64,000 nt of DNA from Azolla caroliniana (taxonomy: Eukaryota; Plantae; Polypodiophyta): assembly GCA_043228905.1 (NCBI GenBank), contig JBHGNT010000004.1:21948001-22012000 (forward strand), in the 5' to 3' direction. Positions 34,758-50,485 of this stretch are shown piece by piece. Numbering within the stretch: the stretch's first letter is position 1; every line of letters begins with the position of its first letter. The position numbers and the translations under genes are program-made. The notes under the pieces are model-generated. The model was not told the origin of the DNA, made no database searches, and saw only the letters and a program-made list of their open reading frames with translations.

Positions 34758-37344
34758 ATTTGTATGTATGTATGTATAGATGACGTACAGAACAAAAAGA
34801 ATGAAGAAAGCTTGAACAGTACCTAGTATAATATATATATAACTACAGTTAAAATAGGACTTCATTCATTTTTTTATGTATTTATAAATAAACAAGTAAA
34901 TTGGGGGGAAATTCTAGGTGGGAATTTTCTGGGAGATAAAAATCCTACATTTTATCCTTTATTCTCCTGAACCTGAATCCTTGTTGCTGTGTTTGGATTC
35001 TGAAGAAGATTCTGCTGAGAATCTTCTCATGGTGCCATGTGGCATCGATTCGAGTGGGGGATCACTTTCCCGGAGAGAATCTCGGGGGGCTTGAGATTCC
35101 CTCCCCTGAATGCATATTTTTATTTACCTATCCCTTTGCTACACATCATTGGTTACAATCAAATCTTTAAATAAAAATGTAGGCATGTCATGCCTTGACT
35201 TGGACCCATTAATTATTAACTAACTTAACTGCCTGTACTCATTAATTATTAACCAACTTTTCAACTGTCCTTGTCTTTGTCTTGTCATTTGGGTACAACC
35301 ATATTTTCATTACCTTTTTTATTATACATATTGACTCAAGCTGTGACGTGTATTATGTACTTATTACCCAACATAACAGACAGCTCAAAGTACATGAAAA
35401 AGTACATTTTGCAATTTATTATTATGTTTGTTACAACCAATGTATATGCCTCCCAACCAATTTAACTAATATTTACTTGCCATTCTCAATATTTGACTGT
35501 TGGCATACATTTGTTCAATTTTGTGCCACTTGCTTGTTACCATCAACTCTCGACCCCCCCACTTTTCATGATGGGAAGCATGTTCAAAAAGCCTTGTTGG
35601 TGGAGTTTTTGTTTCCATTTGGAATTAAGATGGAATTATTATACACTCCAACCAATTTCTCCATGGGCAAGGTACATAGAACCCTTTCTTGCTTACTATC
35701 AACCACACAATGTTATAACCAAATTTTGTGGAAATGCTCTTTCTCAATCACTCAAGTCTCACAAGATCGTAGGAATTTATGAGAAATATCCATGACATTT
35801 TAACATATAAGTGTTGCATTGCATATTTCTACTACATATGACCCCCTTCATACGTATGTATGTATGATTTCAAAAATTCAAACTATCGATCCAAATTATG
35901 TATTTCTCTAAATATTGCTTTCAAACATTTTCTTAATCTTCATTCAATGAAAGGGAAAATATCGATAACACCACGTGCTCATAAAAAGGTCAAGCTCTAT
36001 ATCCAATAAGGAATATTTTGTACTAATGGTCGAAGAATATTTTTTACTAACAAATTTTGAGAAGGGAAATTGTGTAGACTTTGGTCAAGTAATTTGTTTC
36101 CCTTTCCTAGGTTTGAGACAAACATATAGGGAATTGTACAATGTAGTGTGGTGGCTCTTATTTGTGAATGCATTAATATGCATAAATACAAGAAATCTGA
36201 CCCACAAACGTTTAACATATATTTGCATTATACATATAAGTTAAACATCAAGGTAAAATTTTTAACTTTGTCTCAAAGCTTTGACTTTATAAGAACCTGC
36301 TTTTTATTTCTCAAAAAAGTGTATATTGTTTAGAGTTCATAGACTAGCTTAGGCCTAATAACATGTCTAACTTATGCCTAATGCAACTAGATGCCGCACA
36401 AATCTTATCTATTCTCGAACAATTCTAAACATACATAACAATTCACTCTTGAAGCTTTTGTCATTATTAGTAAGCTTTAGGGACTTGCATTTTTCATGTT
36501 TGTCTATTGCATAATTGTCTAAGTACCATATTGTGCATAAATCCAAACCTATTTATTTATCACTATAAGTACCATACATGCTTAGTTAGATTCATCTTTA
36601 GACATACTTTGAATATGATGACTTGTAAAAATGGATGTAATTCCATAATGTTGAAACTTAGTCAGTAATATTTCTCTCAATACTTCCTTGCGAAGAAATT
36701 TCAAATGGGTTGCAACAATAAACTACTAGAGTTTCTAGGTTGCTTACAACTAAATTTGGCTAGAATAATATAACGAAGACAAATTTGACACATGAACTTT
36801 GGTAACAAAAAGTGTTGTCTAGTAGCAAAAAATCAATGCCTCTAAGCTAAAGACCATAAACAGCAATACATTATGGTGTATATTTGCCCAATCGTTTCCT
36901 AATAAAATCTCTAGTGAGCTTTTAATATGATGGGCATAATATGTGTTAATCGAAAATGGGATGGCTTCACTTTATTTTTAATGAGAGTTTGAAACATTAA
37001 TTGAAAAGGGGGAGTAGTGAGCTCTATAAATCACTCGTTTGCCTATTACATGCATTTGTAGATTAGCAACCCTTAGATTCTAGTAGTACTTTAGTTCTTC
37101 TTGGTCATTGTTTCATTATTTTGTTTTAATGATAAAAAGGTCAGGGACCGCTACATTGAAGATACTACTAGTTGGTTACGCTTCTTCTTTTTTATTAGTA
37201 ATGGTTGTCCCAACATTGTGTGAAAGGATACAATACTAATGATATCGATAACCTCCACTGAACCTTAAAGCCAATTTACAAGTATGATATATCCCTCGAT
37301 ACTTACAAGATGAATGCATGAGACTATGTGTGTTACCTTTTTGC

Positions 37345-37527
37345 CCCTAGTTTGAAATTTCCGCATATTGGTAGAGAGTCAAGAGTTCTCATTACTTACC
37401 ATATGGAACATGAAAAGGATCTCAATAGTGATTTCGCCCTAGTTTGAAATGTCGGTGTATTGGTAGAGAGTCAATAGTTCTCATTACTTATTATATGGAA
37501 CATGAAAAGGGTCTCAATAGTGATTTC
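37345..37527 (+). repeat. Two-copy ~91-bp tandem duplication
   Basis: CCCTAGTTTGAAAT...TCTCAATAGTGATTTC occurs twice with a few mismatches. Confidence 0.85.
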
Positions 37528-39559
37528 AAACTTCTATGTGTACCCCCTTAACGAATGTCTAAACGATGCACATATTTTCGGCCTTTTAAACATCTACTTT
37601 AAGAATTGTAATATCAACTAAGACCAATATGTTAGGATATCGAGGTAGACTAAAATGTGCACATATTCTATTAATTTACAATTATTTTCTTCGGGGTTGA
37701 TATATAGAGGCAATAATAGTGATGCAAGTAAATGAGTTATATATAACAATTGTTTCGAATTATAGATAACCTCGCACAACAATTAAATACTATTCGTTGG
37801 CATTCTGACATGGTTGGGCTATACCTCTATGATTCTCTCATTGGCCACATGCTTGATGTAAAGGTTATGTGCTTTGTACCATGGATCTGAGGTTGTAGTT
37901 TGGTGAGAACTTTTATGCAATGCCCTCGCTCATTTCAAAAATATTTGTTGGCACTCCATGCCACACACACAACTAGAGCTTGGCTAGGCCACACACAATA
38001 CCCAATCGTCAACCAAGCCTCAGGTTTGGTTATGAATTACATCCTATGTTTGGGTCAGGTGTGGGGACAGAAGCATGTCTCTGTCAGTTGACATTGATTG
38101 CATTGTATCTAGTATTTTATTTGTTGACATTCCAATTTAGTTGACCTCTCCTGTTTAAAAGGGAAATCTAGATTCTAAAAGGAGAATCATGCTACCTTTT
38201 TCCTTTTATAAAATATGAAATGTTACTTCCATAAATGATAAATATTTCCATATAAGCAAAAGGGGTCATAGTACAAGGTTGCAAAATCAACATGGAACCA
38301 TGAAGAAACCTCATCAAACCTTGTTCCAGTGGTGATAAAGTTTATGAAAACTTGCAAATGTGTTTTGTTTTATTGGATCGCAAACACATCATTTATCAAG
38401 TATCTTTGGATTTTGTCAAATGTCATCATGCTTTGAACATGGCAGCAAGAATCGACGGGCCAATTTACACTTTCATTTGTTGCAGAGCCTAGGTGTTGCG
38501 TGTCTTCATGTTCATCAAAGTTGTGAATTGCAATCATACTATAAGCAAATGTTTTTCTAGAATATGTCTTTGAATGTCACTTTCAAAAATCCTTGGAAGT
38601 TGGAGAATTTTAATTGTACTGATAATGATTTTATGAAGAACTTTAAATCAAATGATTTTATGAAGAACAAGTCGAGGTCCATCGTCCATTTTGCACCTAA
38701 TTATTTGAGTTGGAGAGTTTGGAGGTTGGTATGGTCTATAAAACACATTAAGCTTATTTGTTCTTTAATTCAAAATCAGAAGTTGAATACAATTCCAAAG
38801 CAACAATCGAAATAGATGTATTCATTTTTAGTTACTATGTACATACTTTGCCACTTGAAGAAAACATGTTACATACATACATACTCATAGTGTCACATTA
38901 GATCTTAACACTTACCTTCTTTTATTCAATAATGATTATGGATATGTTGACATCATGCTTAAATATGCAACTGAGTTTGTCTTAATGTCTCATTTGGGAA
39001 GAATTGTTATTACCAATCAAACAGGACATTGTGAATGGTGGTCCAGAATAATCATTGGATCGTTAATACCCAATAAGAAACAAAAACAAGTTCTTGAGTT
39101 TCCAAAGTGAAGACGAAACACTAAAGTAGTTACTTTTTTGTTTGTTAAAAAGGTACATAAATTTAAAGAATATACACCTAAGCAATTTATTTGTCAAATA
39201 AATCCATCATACAACTCACAAATCGAGGTGTGCACCACCTTTTGTACCATATGTTTTTCATTTGGGTTAACAAAATACCTAGTGAGGGCGGCTAACTTTA
39301 AGAACAACAATCCTCATGACACTTTCGTACATAACATAAATAATAACGTGTTTTGGCCTATTACTATGAAATAAGCCTAGTGAAGGGGGGGCAAACTTCA
39401 ACTACAACAATACTTGTGATTGTTTTGAATGCAACAATGTAAATGGTAAGCAATTTTGGTCAAGTACTAAAAAACTTCTAATAAAACATGCGGCTATTTT
39501 TCAGTGTTATGTGAAGATTGGCAAGAAACTATTACCTACTACGTCAAGGAACCAAAAAC

Positions 39560-40850
39560 AATTGTTTTTTGGAGAAAGAATGGAATCTCTTTGCAACAAT
39601 TCAATCAAATTGGTTGTGGAGCATAACAATAACAGGAAATTTGTCAAATTTAAATGGTTATTGATTAATAGCGCATTACTAGTTAATGAGTTGAGAAAAG
39701 GGGTGAATGCAAATAGTATGTGTCATTTGTATGCGTCTACTGGAAACAGTTAAGCATTATTTGTGGAGCTTTGATTTTGCGATGGAAATATGGAAAACAC
39801 TCTCAAAACTATTAATACCAATATGTCCTCGACTGGTGCATTCGTGGAGGGCGATATTAAGGGTGCTTGGTTGTACAAGGGCAACCAATTTTTGTACAAG
39901 CAAGAGTATGTTGTAGACATTATTTCTCTAGAACATGGTCTAATGCAGAAAAATAAATATACCCTTAAAATCCACAATTACGGGTAACGGAGTTGTAAAA
40001 TTGAAATATGACATTAATAAGTAGCATTACAAGTTGGTATATATGGAAGGCCATGTGCTTGACGATATTCCAAAACGTGATATAAAGGCATGTTAGACAA
40101 TTACCAAGATTTGGACAATGTTTGTGCATAGTCTAAGTGTTACAGGCATGACCATAATTTATCCCGTGGTAAGTTGTACCATATTATTCTACACTCGAGG
40201 ATCAATTGTGAGGGTTAATCAAGAGTGTACAGACAGGAATATTACTTTACAACCCATAAGGGTCAACTGTGAACTTGCACGAGAGCCTTAGGTCTGACTA
40301 TAAATATGAGGCCTAGCTACACTTGTTAGTCACATCATTTGACTATGTCGAGACTGTGATCTTTTGGTGAACAGACTCTTGTAGTGAGCATGCCAGTACC
40401 AGGTCTGGGACGCCAATCAAGGACTCGAGTCCATCTCGATCCCTCCTCTCGGGGGTGGTCGGGTGGATCGACACCCTTCTTTCTCTCTTTTTTCTTATCT
40501 ATCTATCTTATATTCTTTGTCTTATGCTTACGTTAGGAATGATCTCTAACACTAAGAGGTTGTTTGTATAAAAGGTGACACTCAACAAGGATAACTACGG
40601 GTTTGGAGTTTCATTCCATGTGGGACAAAGGTGTTTTTATTGGTGGTTTTCTGGCAAAGCGAAGTAGTTTTACTCTACAACCAAGTATTTATTTTAATTG
40701 ATAGTTAGAACTTAGAACCTAACCTTGGTTATAAAATGGGGGTAATTACCTGCAAATACTCATTTTCTATACAACCTTGCAGATTTTCTTGATACTAATG
40801 TAGTACCTTTTTCTTAAATAAATAAGTTCACTATTCCAAAATAATAAATT
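39560..40850 (+). mobile_element. Decayed 3' fragment of an L1-type LINE
   Basis: KFKWLLINSALLV..CHL.. / ETVKHYLWSFDFAMEIW..VHSW parallels the zf-RVT region of ORF2 at ~14350-14560. Boundaries approximate. Confidence 0.6.
40138..40551 (+). mobile_element. Solo LTR (414 bp) of an unrelated family
   Basis: TGTTA...TAACA inverted termini; 5-bp TSD CTAAG at 40133-40137 and 40552-40556; internal TATAAAT at ~40299. Confidence 0.85.
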
Positions 40851-41886
40851 TGGTCAAAGTATTCGTGACCCACATACAATCACATCCACCACATTCAAGA
40901 CTAAGACGAACAATGAGTTAAGTCTCCCATCATTAGCATCATATATGGAATGATATATTTTGATACATTGCTCTTCTCATTATGCTTTTGGTACTCCAGG
41001 ATTAAGCTTGGGTAGAACATAAACTACTTGGATGGCCAGAAAAGTGCTCGTTCTTACTTTAGGAGTGATCAATATCACTTACATGACATGACACTACCTT
41101 GGAACTTTCAAAGTATTTCAAGTGTACTTTATGCATGTAGTTTGTATAGCATTGTTTATTTTCGCATCAATTTCTTGTGCATGATGAGATATTGATTACA
41201 TAAATCACTTGTTTTCAATGCACACACTATTTTGAATTATCAATAATCATATGTTCATTCATATGCGACAATGATAACTGTACATGGGCCATGTGAAAGA
41301 TCCCATAACAAAAACAAACAAAAAACATGCCACATATGTATTGACAATTTGATAAAGAGTACAAAAACTTGAACAAACTTCTCATGTAGAATGCCAAGAG
41401 TAGATAGAGAAACAGAAAATTATAACAAAGAAAAAGTTGACTATAACTAAATTTTTTAAGAAAAGTTGTTTGCTTACGGTCCAGGAAAAGAATACCTTGA
41501 TTGCTTGTTTTGTTAGTTTGTTTTCGTGTTTTTTTCTTAGGTTGTTGAATTATGGATACGAGATCTTTGCAATTGTCTCGGTACACCATGTTCATGAATT
41601 CACAATTCATATTTGAAAAATGGAGCATATTAACAAAGTATCTTTGCATCTTGATTTACATTTTTCCTTTTGATACGATCCTTCGGCTTTAAGTTGAGAC
41701 AAAATTCAAGAATTCTCTTTTGCTTCAATTCACTTTCTCATCTTTACGAACTTCTAACATATTTCAATGTTGGGCAAACGATATTGGGTGTTCTTTTGTT
41801 CTCTCTCTCTCTCCCAATGTTGGCAAATATTGACCCCTAATGTTGGCCCCAATACAAGGGGAAAAAATGCAAAACGTATCTAATCA

Positions 41887-41933
<47 letters not shown>

Positions 41934-43831
41934 GCCCCAATGTTGGCAATATATTGACACCTAATGTTGGCCCCAACACAAGGGGAAAAAATGTAGAATG
42001 TATCTAATCACATCTCACTAACCTCGTGAACCTTAGCTCTTGGAGAGCCTTCACACTTTTTGAACTTGCTCACACAAGTTAGGCATTGAGGTAGTATCGT
42101 GGCATCATCACCCAAACATGAAGATATGTAATGAAAACCTAGTGGAGGATTGATATCGCTTATTGCATGCTCAACGTATAATGTTGTTCGTGAGAAATAT
42201 GATGACTTGTTAGATGAGCATGATAATGCAAGTATCATACTCAAATTTCCGCCAATAAGGTTGAGCACACATATGCATGCATTATTTTCATATCAACTGA
42301 TTTTACAATATAGTAACCCCCCTTCTTTGGAAGGAGTGACATATTGATTCGGTCCCATTGGACAACGCCATCATTTCCAACCCTAGCGTAATAGTCCTAA
42401 GGCCATTTTGTAGGAATAACTTGGTAGCCTTTGAAGACTATTGTTTCAAAGAAAACGATAGTGTAAAAGTTCTAAAGCCATTATTGGGAGCAACTCGCTA
42501 GTGCACATGATCTCAAACCTTATGGAGCCATTTCTTTAGGAGTGCATCGACATCGTGCAGAAACTTCCGCAGGCATGCAACACAACATCGAAAACCATAT
42601 CACTCCTTTAGGACCTCGAATTTTCGGAACACAACCGACTTCACTTGATCACAATAAGTCGCGGCTCTATAAGTTTGGGAAAATATTTTGATTGAGCAAG
42701 TGTTGGGAATGGTTATGAGCGATTGAAAGTCGACGACAATGTCCAAAGTGCCTTGACATGATGGATAAGGCTTTCTTCGCATGATGCTTCATGCACGTAA
42801 GGTCTAGTATGTGGGTGGGGTGGTGTTTTTCTTTGATGTGTAAATGACTGCTCTCTCTCAATTTATCGCCAATAGTAGGACATTTGTCTTGCAAGTTCCC
42901 TGGACACTACATCATGTCAGGTTGATGATAGTTAGATACTATGTTCGTCTATCCGTTTTGCCCATTCCATCTGTCTGTTCTCTCTCTCTCTCTGGTGCCA
43001 TGAAATCGAGAGACCTGCCCGGCCCCCCTCTTTGTGTCATGAAGAAATACATACATACTCATACATATATGAAGAGTTAATGTTTTCCATTTTTGTTATT
43101 TTTTCTACAAAAAGTAATTAATTGAAACATATAAAAAAAAAGATCTCCAAACACTTAAGAAGAAATACACGCATATATGAAGAGTTAATGTTTTCCATTT
43201 TTTATTTTATTTTTTTCTACAAAAAGTAATTAATTAAAACAGAAAAAAAGAGATCTCCAATTCATTGTTTTTGATATTCTTTTTTTTCATTTATTAATTA
43301 ATTAATAATAATATTATCATTATTCATGTGTTATTGTTATTATTGGGGTTTTCTGTGAAGCGCGATGACTGTCTGTCTGCGCGGAATCCTCTTGAAACCC
43401 TAATTCCCGATCTCTTCTCTGCAGTTGCATCTGCTCATTCTTCTCCTTCTTCGCAATCCTAAAGTTTGGATCCCCTCTCTGCGTTTCGAACTGTTCATTC
43501 TTCTTCTTCGTCTTCCTCCAAACCCTAATTTCGGATTTCTCGGAGATTCGTTCTATTCATCCTTCTTCTTTGGATTCGTAAGATCCGATAAAAATCTTTG
43601 GTTCTTGATCCGCACCACAGAGGAGAAAAGAAACACGACTGTGATATGGATACCTTCGTCATTGCATCATCTCTGCGAGTCTAAATCCTAAGTAAGTCAT
43701 ATGTATGTTTCTTACTATTTTTTTGTTCTTTCTGTTGTCTGTTTTGTTCGTTTCTCCAGCTCTTTTTTGCTATATTGATTTACATGTTCTGATGAGAACT
43801 AGTCATATTTGGAAGTGGATCAGATAGAGAG

Positions 43832-46800
43832 ATGGTAGAAACACATCGCACACAGTTGTATCACGCGGTGGCAGGGGCTGGAGCAGGTGCTCACCTTCTC
43901 TAAACTATTTATTAGCTCTGTAAATTGGGATATAGAATGTACGCATCAGAATAATCAATCACAAGTTGTTAAAGTCCTTTATTTATTAGCGTTGTGAATT
44001 GGGATATAGAATGTACGCATCAGAATAATCAACCAAAAGTTGCTAAAGGCCTCCATTTAATTGGGGTGCTCATTCATTAACTTACCATGAATAGTGTCCT
44101 TCATGCAGGTGCAATTGCTGCGACTTTTGTGTGTCCCTTAGATGTTGTGAAGACACGGTTGCAAGTGTATGGGAATTCTGTTAGAGGTTCTCAACGCCAA
44201 GGTAAAAGACATGGGGCTTTGTTTCGTCCTCACACATTTGAATTATGCTGAATATGCAATTACAATATAACTAACCATGCGTGGACATTAAAACATCCAT
44301 GTAGTTCGCATTCAAAAAAGTCCTACATATCAATCTTGAAGGAACTTTGCATGGTGACTCCCACAAAAGTCTTAAAATATCAAATATTTTAACTTTAGGA
44401 TGGAGCCTGGAGCCAAGAAATAATGCTTTGAACAATATTTTCTTCTTTTGTGCTCAAAGCTCGGAACAAGATCACACTGCATGCTATAATGGTATCAAAC
44501 AGGAGTTCATTTTTGGGGATCAAAATGCACACTTGATGAAATTCATGTATATTGTACTGGTTAATTTTTGGCTTCTATTTGTAAGGATTTGTGAGAGATA
44601 CTGGATGTGAAAGTGTCTCCATGAATGTAGAAATTGAAATTGTATGTGCTACTGGTTGCATTTTACTGGCAATTGTGTTAGAATCTACAACATTTAACGA
44701 ATATATTATTTTTCTTAGATGCAGAATGTAAGGAATTTCTGGCCAATTGGTACCATCACAGGCGTCCGTTGCTAATATTAATGTGTTGTTTTACAGTAGG
44801 AGGCATTGTTGTGGGAACTCTGCGGAAAATTGTAAAGGATGAGGGCTTCCGGGGTCTATATCGAGGTTTATCACCCACTATGTTTGCCTTGCTTCCAAAT
44901 TGGGCAGTAAGCTTCTGATGACCAATGCCTTGCAATTATGTATTATATACACATTTGTCTGCCACAAATAGTCTGACCATCTGGCTACGATCCAATATTT
45001 TGTTTTGGCTAGAAGACATCATGTATTGCCAACCAGGAAAACAATACATGAATGTGTGCATTTGCTGATGTAAAGAAAATATTGTTTAATTGTAGATGAT
45101 GTATGTGTGTTTATTTCAGTGATGAAACTCCTTGTTCATGTGCGGATATGTGTTTCTTAACAAATTGCTATTATGTATGTATGTGCATCTACCTCCTTGC
45201 ATTTTAAGAAAGGTGTATAAATGTGTATCTTTTGATGTTAAGAAAACATCGTTTAGTTGTTTTCTGGATGTATCAGGGCGTAATGTTTGAATCTCATCTC
45301 TTTAAGTTGCTACTTTTTTTGTTCGTTTAACACAATGAAGACATTTTAATTGTTGGCTGAAGTTTTAGTTTTGGTTCTTGTCTCAGGTATACTTTACTGT
45401 CTATGGCCATTTGAAAAGTAGGCTCGAAACAGAACATGTTATAACTGACTGTAAGTATCTTTGTAATGCAATCTGTTTCCTAATGGCGATGATTGCAGTG
45501 GCAGCCTGAATACGGATGAATGCATGCATGCATGTCGGTGTGGGCACTTTTTCTTGTGACTCTTAAGTATCTTTTTGTATAAGCTGGGTCAGAAAATCAT
45601 GATGGTTGCAGTTTTGAATGCATGTAATGTTTGTTTCAGTTGTCTTATTTTCTTTTCAAAATTGTATTTTCATCATTTGAAATTAAAAAAAAAAAATCAC
45701 CTTGTCTTAACATCAAAAGGTACAAGATTTACTTTTTATTTTCTTGAAGTTACATTGTACTAATCATTAAAATAGGTTTAAACTAGGGCTGGTTTCATTT
45801 AACAGTCTAAGAATCTGTTTGAATTTCTATTTCTCTCTCTCTCTCTCTCATCCACCCTCATTCTTTGTTATTAATATGTTTGTACGTGAGTGTGTGAACT
45901 ATGTGCATGCTTGCTTATGTATGTGTCTGAACAATTATTTGCAGGTGGTCTCTCAACCAGATGAATTGTGGGTAGTAGGCCCTTAAACTGGAACATGATT
46001 GGTCCAATTAGCATTGAATGGCAATGTTTCTGTCCAATCATTAAGTTGTGCCATTCAGTAGGGATTAGAGCAGACATGATTTCCTTAAAAAAAGTTAAAA
46101 ATTGAGTGGGCTAGGATTATTTTTGAAGAGGTAGATGCTGGGATAGGAAGACCTACCTTTTTCAAATGAACCTCTTCTGGTGTACACTTCAACATTGAGA
46201 TTTAGGTCTGGTAGAGAGAAACAATTGAATGTGAAAATCTGCATAAAACTTTGTTAAGTGGTTGTCTTATTTACTATGTCTCTTAAGATTGTTTTGGAGG
46301 CTGTGGTGGTGACTTTTAGTTGCTGAAATAGCCATAAACAGCTGGTTGTGTTTCTAGGGACTGAATTGTTCTATTATTTATTAATAAAGAAATATTCAAA
46401 AGGGGAGCCAGTGTGTAGTGCCAGTGTGTTGTCAAATTTCTTGTTCAGGTGCAGTCTACCTTGTTGGGTATGAGAAATTAAAGTCTTAATGAGTCCAAAA
46501 GTGTAGGTCGGTGTTATTTGATTATATACAAGTTTTCTAACGCTGAAAATTGAAAAGGGGAGCCAATCTTTAGGGCCAGTGTGTCATCAAATTGTTTATT
46601 CAGTTGCAATCTATCTTGGTGGGCATGTGAAATTAAAGTCTTAATGAGTCCAAAATATGAAATATTTGTTTCTTTATTTATATACAAAGCCACCGACAAT
46701 CTAGCTAAATTGGCAGTTCCATTGTTTTGCTACACTGTGGAAGTTCCACACCGATTTCAAGTTGCTTGCTAGTTAGTTTTGAGCTACATGCATACACTTC

Positions 46801-49199
46801 TATTGTTAAATCGATATATAAAGTACACTAAACTAATTAGCACCTAAAAGACTGACCAGATCAAGAGAATCCAAGTCAAGATTAGCAAAATGAACGCTGT
46901 TGGGACAATGTATTACAAAGTTACCAAAATTATTGCACTAGTCAGTGCATTAAGTTCTTTTCTCTTCCTGCAGCTCATGGTCATCAAATGACGGTAAATA
47001 AAATGTCTTTGGGTGAAAATATTTTGGCTGCTGCTGGAGCCGGAGGTGCTACAAACATTGCAACAAATTCTCTATGGGTTGTGAAGACAAGACTGCAGGT
47101 ATACTGATAGTGGAGTGATATTTTTAAATTATAACCTAAAATCTATTATTCCTGTTGAGATTTATGATTCCATTCTTCCTGTGTTAACTGTAGAGGCTCT
47201 ATTGCTTGATCAAAAAATGATCTGAAATAGAGCAGCCATTTTATCTGGAAAACTTGCTCATTAAATCTTTGGTCAAAATATAATTGAGTAAACAGCACAT
47301 TATGCTTGAAAATGGATCTGTATATAGGATCACTGTTGATGCTTGATCTTAAACCCTTCTCCACACTTGCTGTGCATGACTTGCAAAAGCAGTGAGGGCC
47401 CCAGATCTATGTTTCTGTAGATGATTGCTGGAAATGATGGTGTCAATTTTATCTTGCGAAAATATGATATTACATTATTTTGAATCCTGGTGATCATACT
47501 TTTACTTGTTGCCCGAGTTCTTTTATCTCCCTCCAAACATGGGTTTTGATCGTGCAATCACAGCAGCCTCTATAGCAGTAATTCTGCAATGAGTACTTAA
47601 TTTTGTTTTTATCAAATTCATTATAACTTAAACTGAACATGATTTTGCTTCTTTGCTAAAGAAAATTCCTCATTAAATTTTATGCATAGTTTATAATGCA
47701 CTGTGTCAAAAAAGATTGCATCATAAAAGTGCCTTTACTTTCTTTGTGGGTTTCTACTTCCTTCCCTTACTTTGTATGGATGATGTATATATGTATGATG
47801 TACATCAATTTGACACTGTAAAACACTGTATTTGAAATACCAGTATATGGATCTCTGTCAGTCTAGAAAAATTGAATGGATTTCTGGGCATACAGATGGA
47901 ATGATAGAACTAAACAATTTTAAAGTCACGATTTAGGGAGGCATATGTTTAATGCTTGAACCATACAAATTATCTCATGCAAACTGAATGAGCCCAGGGT
48001 TGTATATTCTGATCAATACATGAAAGAATTGTGCATTAACTATGCTGACTTCAGCGGCATGCTGTGCTAATCAATTCTTGGAACATTTTGTGTTGAAGTC
48101 TTGAAATAGCAGAGAGAATTTAATAACCGGTGTACCATTTTCAGTAATTAATCTTTATTGTTCATAACATTGAATAGATGGCTTGATAAAGTTGGTGCAG
48201 ATCCCCAATCTTCAAGCATTGTTTTTAGTAATAGTCAACTCAATTATCGTTACAGATCATGACTTATGAAAGCAAATAAAAACACAGAATAATAGGAACA
48301 GTGGCACTTATGGCCAAAAATTCTATGACTCCAGCCCTGGCTTTCGTGCATGAACCATCTTTAAGATATGAAAAAAATGACACGTGAGTTTTGCCAGTGT
48401 TGCTGCAGACTTTGAATTAAAAGATGGAACATTTCCATGTTTGAGCTGAGACTAGTCTGGTGTACTATTTTGCCAACAGTTACCAGGGCATTGCAGTTTT
48501 TACATGTTCTTCCAAAGTTGTTTATTTTTTGTATATTACTTGTTAGCTGGCAATGCTTTAATTTTCAGCGCATTTGGATTTATTCCATATTGCAGACCCA
48601 GCACTTGAAGGCAGGTCATGAACCATATACAAGCACCGTTGGTGCCCTTCGTCGAATATATACCGAGGAGGGCATTCGTGGCCTCTACAGGTATGTCTCA
48701 TCTCTGGGATGCCTGGATAGTGTACATTGTTCTTTAAGCTGATTGTTTATTTATATTGAACAGCGGCATTGTTCCAGCGTTAGCTGGAATAAGTCATGTA
48801 GCAGTTCAATTTCCTCTTTATGAATCACTGAAACAACATTTTGCTGAGAAGAGTAAGATATTTATTATTCTTTTAAAATTTAATAAAATAGATCATTTCT
48901 GTTTATGTCCTTTGGGGTATACTGTAGTTGATTCTATTGGTTACACTTAAGCCCTACAAAATCACTGTGGAAAACATTTGAGGTTTATAGTTTGCATGAT
49001 TATCACCCGTGGATCCAAATCCAGGTTGTAATATAGGAACGGATGGTGTGAGCTGATAATGATAGTCTATTTTTTTCCGTTTAGTTATACGATGTTATTC
49101 ATTTAAAAGTTCTAATGGTGGAAGACAAACTTTCAAGGTCCTACTTCATTTTTTTGCTTCTCACTCACTCACTCACTCAGTTACACACACACACACACA

Positions 49200-49264
<65 letters not shown>

Positions 49265-50485
49265 GTGTTGCAAGTTGGAAGTACTCGCCCGTTCTTATGA
49301 TGGGATAAATGTGTGGGTGATGGGTTGGACAGATCTAACTTGAAAATTTAGAATCTAGTATAGGAAGTTTTAGAAAATGGAAATAGACAATGTTATTAAT
49401 GTAATAGACTCTAAAGTTCATACATATTTTTTGTTGTTTTTAACTCTCCTTCGTTTGTGCTTGCAAGTTGGAAGTACTTGCTTGTTCTTACAATGATATG
49501 TATGTGTAGGTGATGGCTGGGACAGATCTAGCCTGAACATTTAGAATCTAGTATAGGAAGTTTTAGAAAATGGAAATCCACGTTATGTTAGATCGCAGCT
49601 TTAATAATATGTACAGTATTTGTCTGCTTCGAATTTTAGAGTAGATCTTAATGCTGCTACTTATAAGACCATCCTCACGAATTGTATTATTATCATATTG
49701 GTAAATTTTTTAGCAAGTCTGTCGATGTTTTGGTCTGAAAGGTTTTGCTGAATTATTATTATTATTATTATTATCTAAATCAGAGGGTATCAGTCTGGAA
49801 AACCTAAGCAGCGGAGATGTCGCAGCTGCATCGTCAATATCAAAAGTTATGGCATCAACCCTAACATATCCTCACGAGGTAAGGTTAAAGGCCAGACATT
49901 ATTCTCTGTTTTGATGAAATATGATATCAACCTATTACTGCTTTGATAAGACTAGTTGTAAGATCATGAAAGTAAAACGAAAATATGTTACCTGCCTGTT
50001 TACTGTTTTATAGTTCGGTTGTAAGGTTGTCAAAATGCAAAGAAAATATGTTAAAGAACCTGCTTACTTAACTGCTCTGAAGTCATAATGTACGGTTGTC
50101 AAAATGCAATGACATTATATTAACTGATTAACTGCTGTGAAGTCAGGTTGTAAGGTCAAGATTACAAGAGCAAAGCTGCTCCAAGAATGCGGTAATACGC
50201 TACAAAGGAGTGATTGACTGTATTCGGAAAGTATACTTAAAGGAAGGCATTGCAGGATTTTATAGTGGATGTGGAACCAACCTAATGAGGACAACTCCAG
50301 CTGCCGTGATCACATTTACAAGTTATGAATTCTTACTGAAAAAGCTGGAGAAAATGTTTCCGTCCAGTGGACCTGAGCTTTTGAAAGACAGAGAATCAAA
50401 CAATAAGAACAGCTCCTCATCTACAAATGTGAAGCCTTCTTCACCTTTGCAACAAAAAGATCGATTGCATGCCCCAGGCCAATAA
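43832..50485 (+). CDS. NDT1: Mitochondrial carrier family NAD+ transporter (NDT1/NDT2-like)
   Basis: Exons 43832-43886, 44109-44201, 44797/44800-44906, 45387-45450, 46974-47098, 48596-48690, 48764-48852, 49784-49878, 50147-50485, all GT-AG and in phase. Motifs [100 protein letters not shown]1 vs NDT2 cannot be resolved by eye. Confidence 0.92.

Noticed and set aside
34900-35110. Possible MITE with G/C-rich imperfect inverted ends
   Set aside because: Inverted similarity is weak and no TSD was found.
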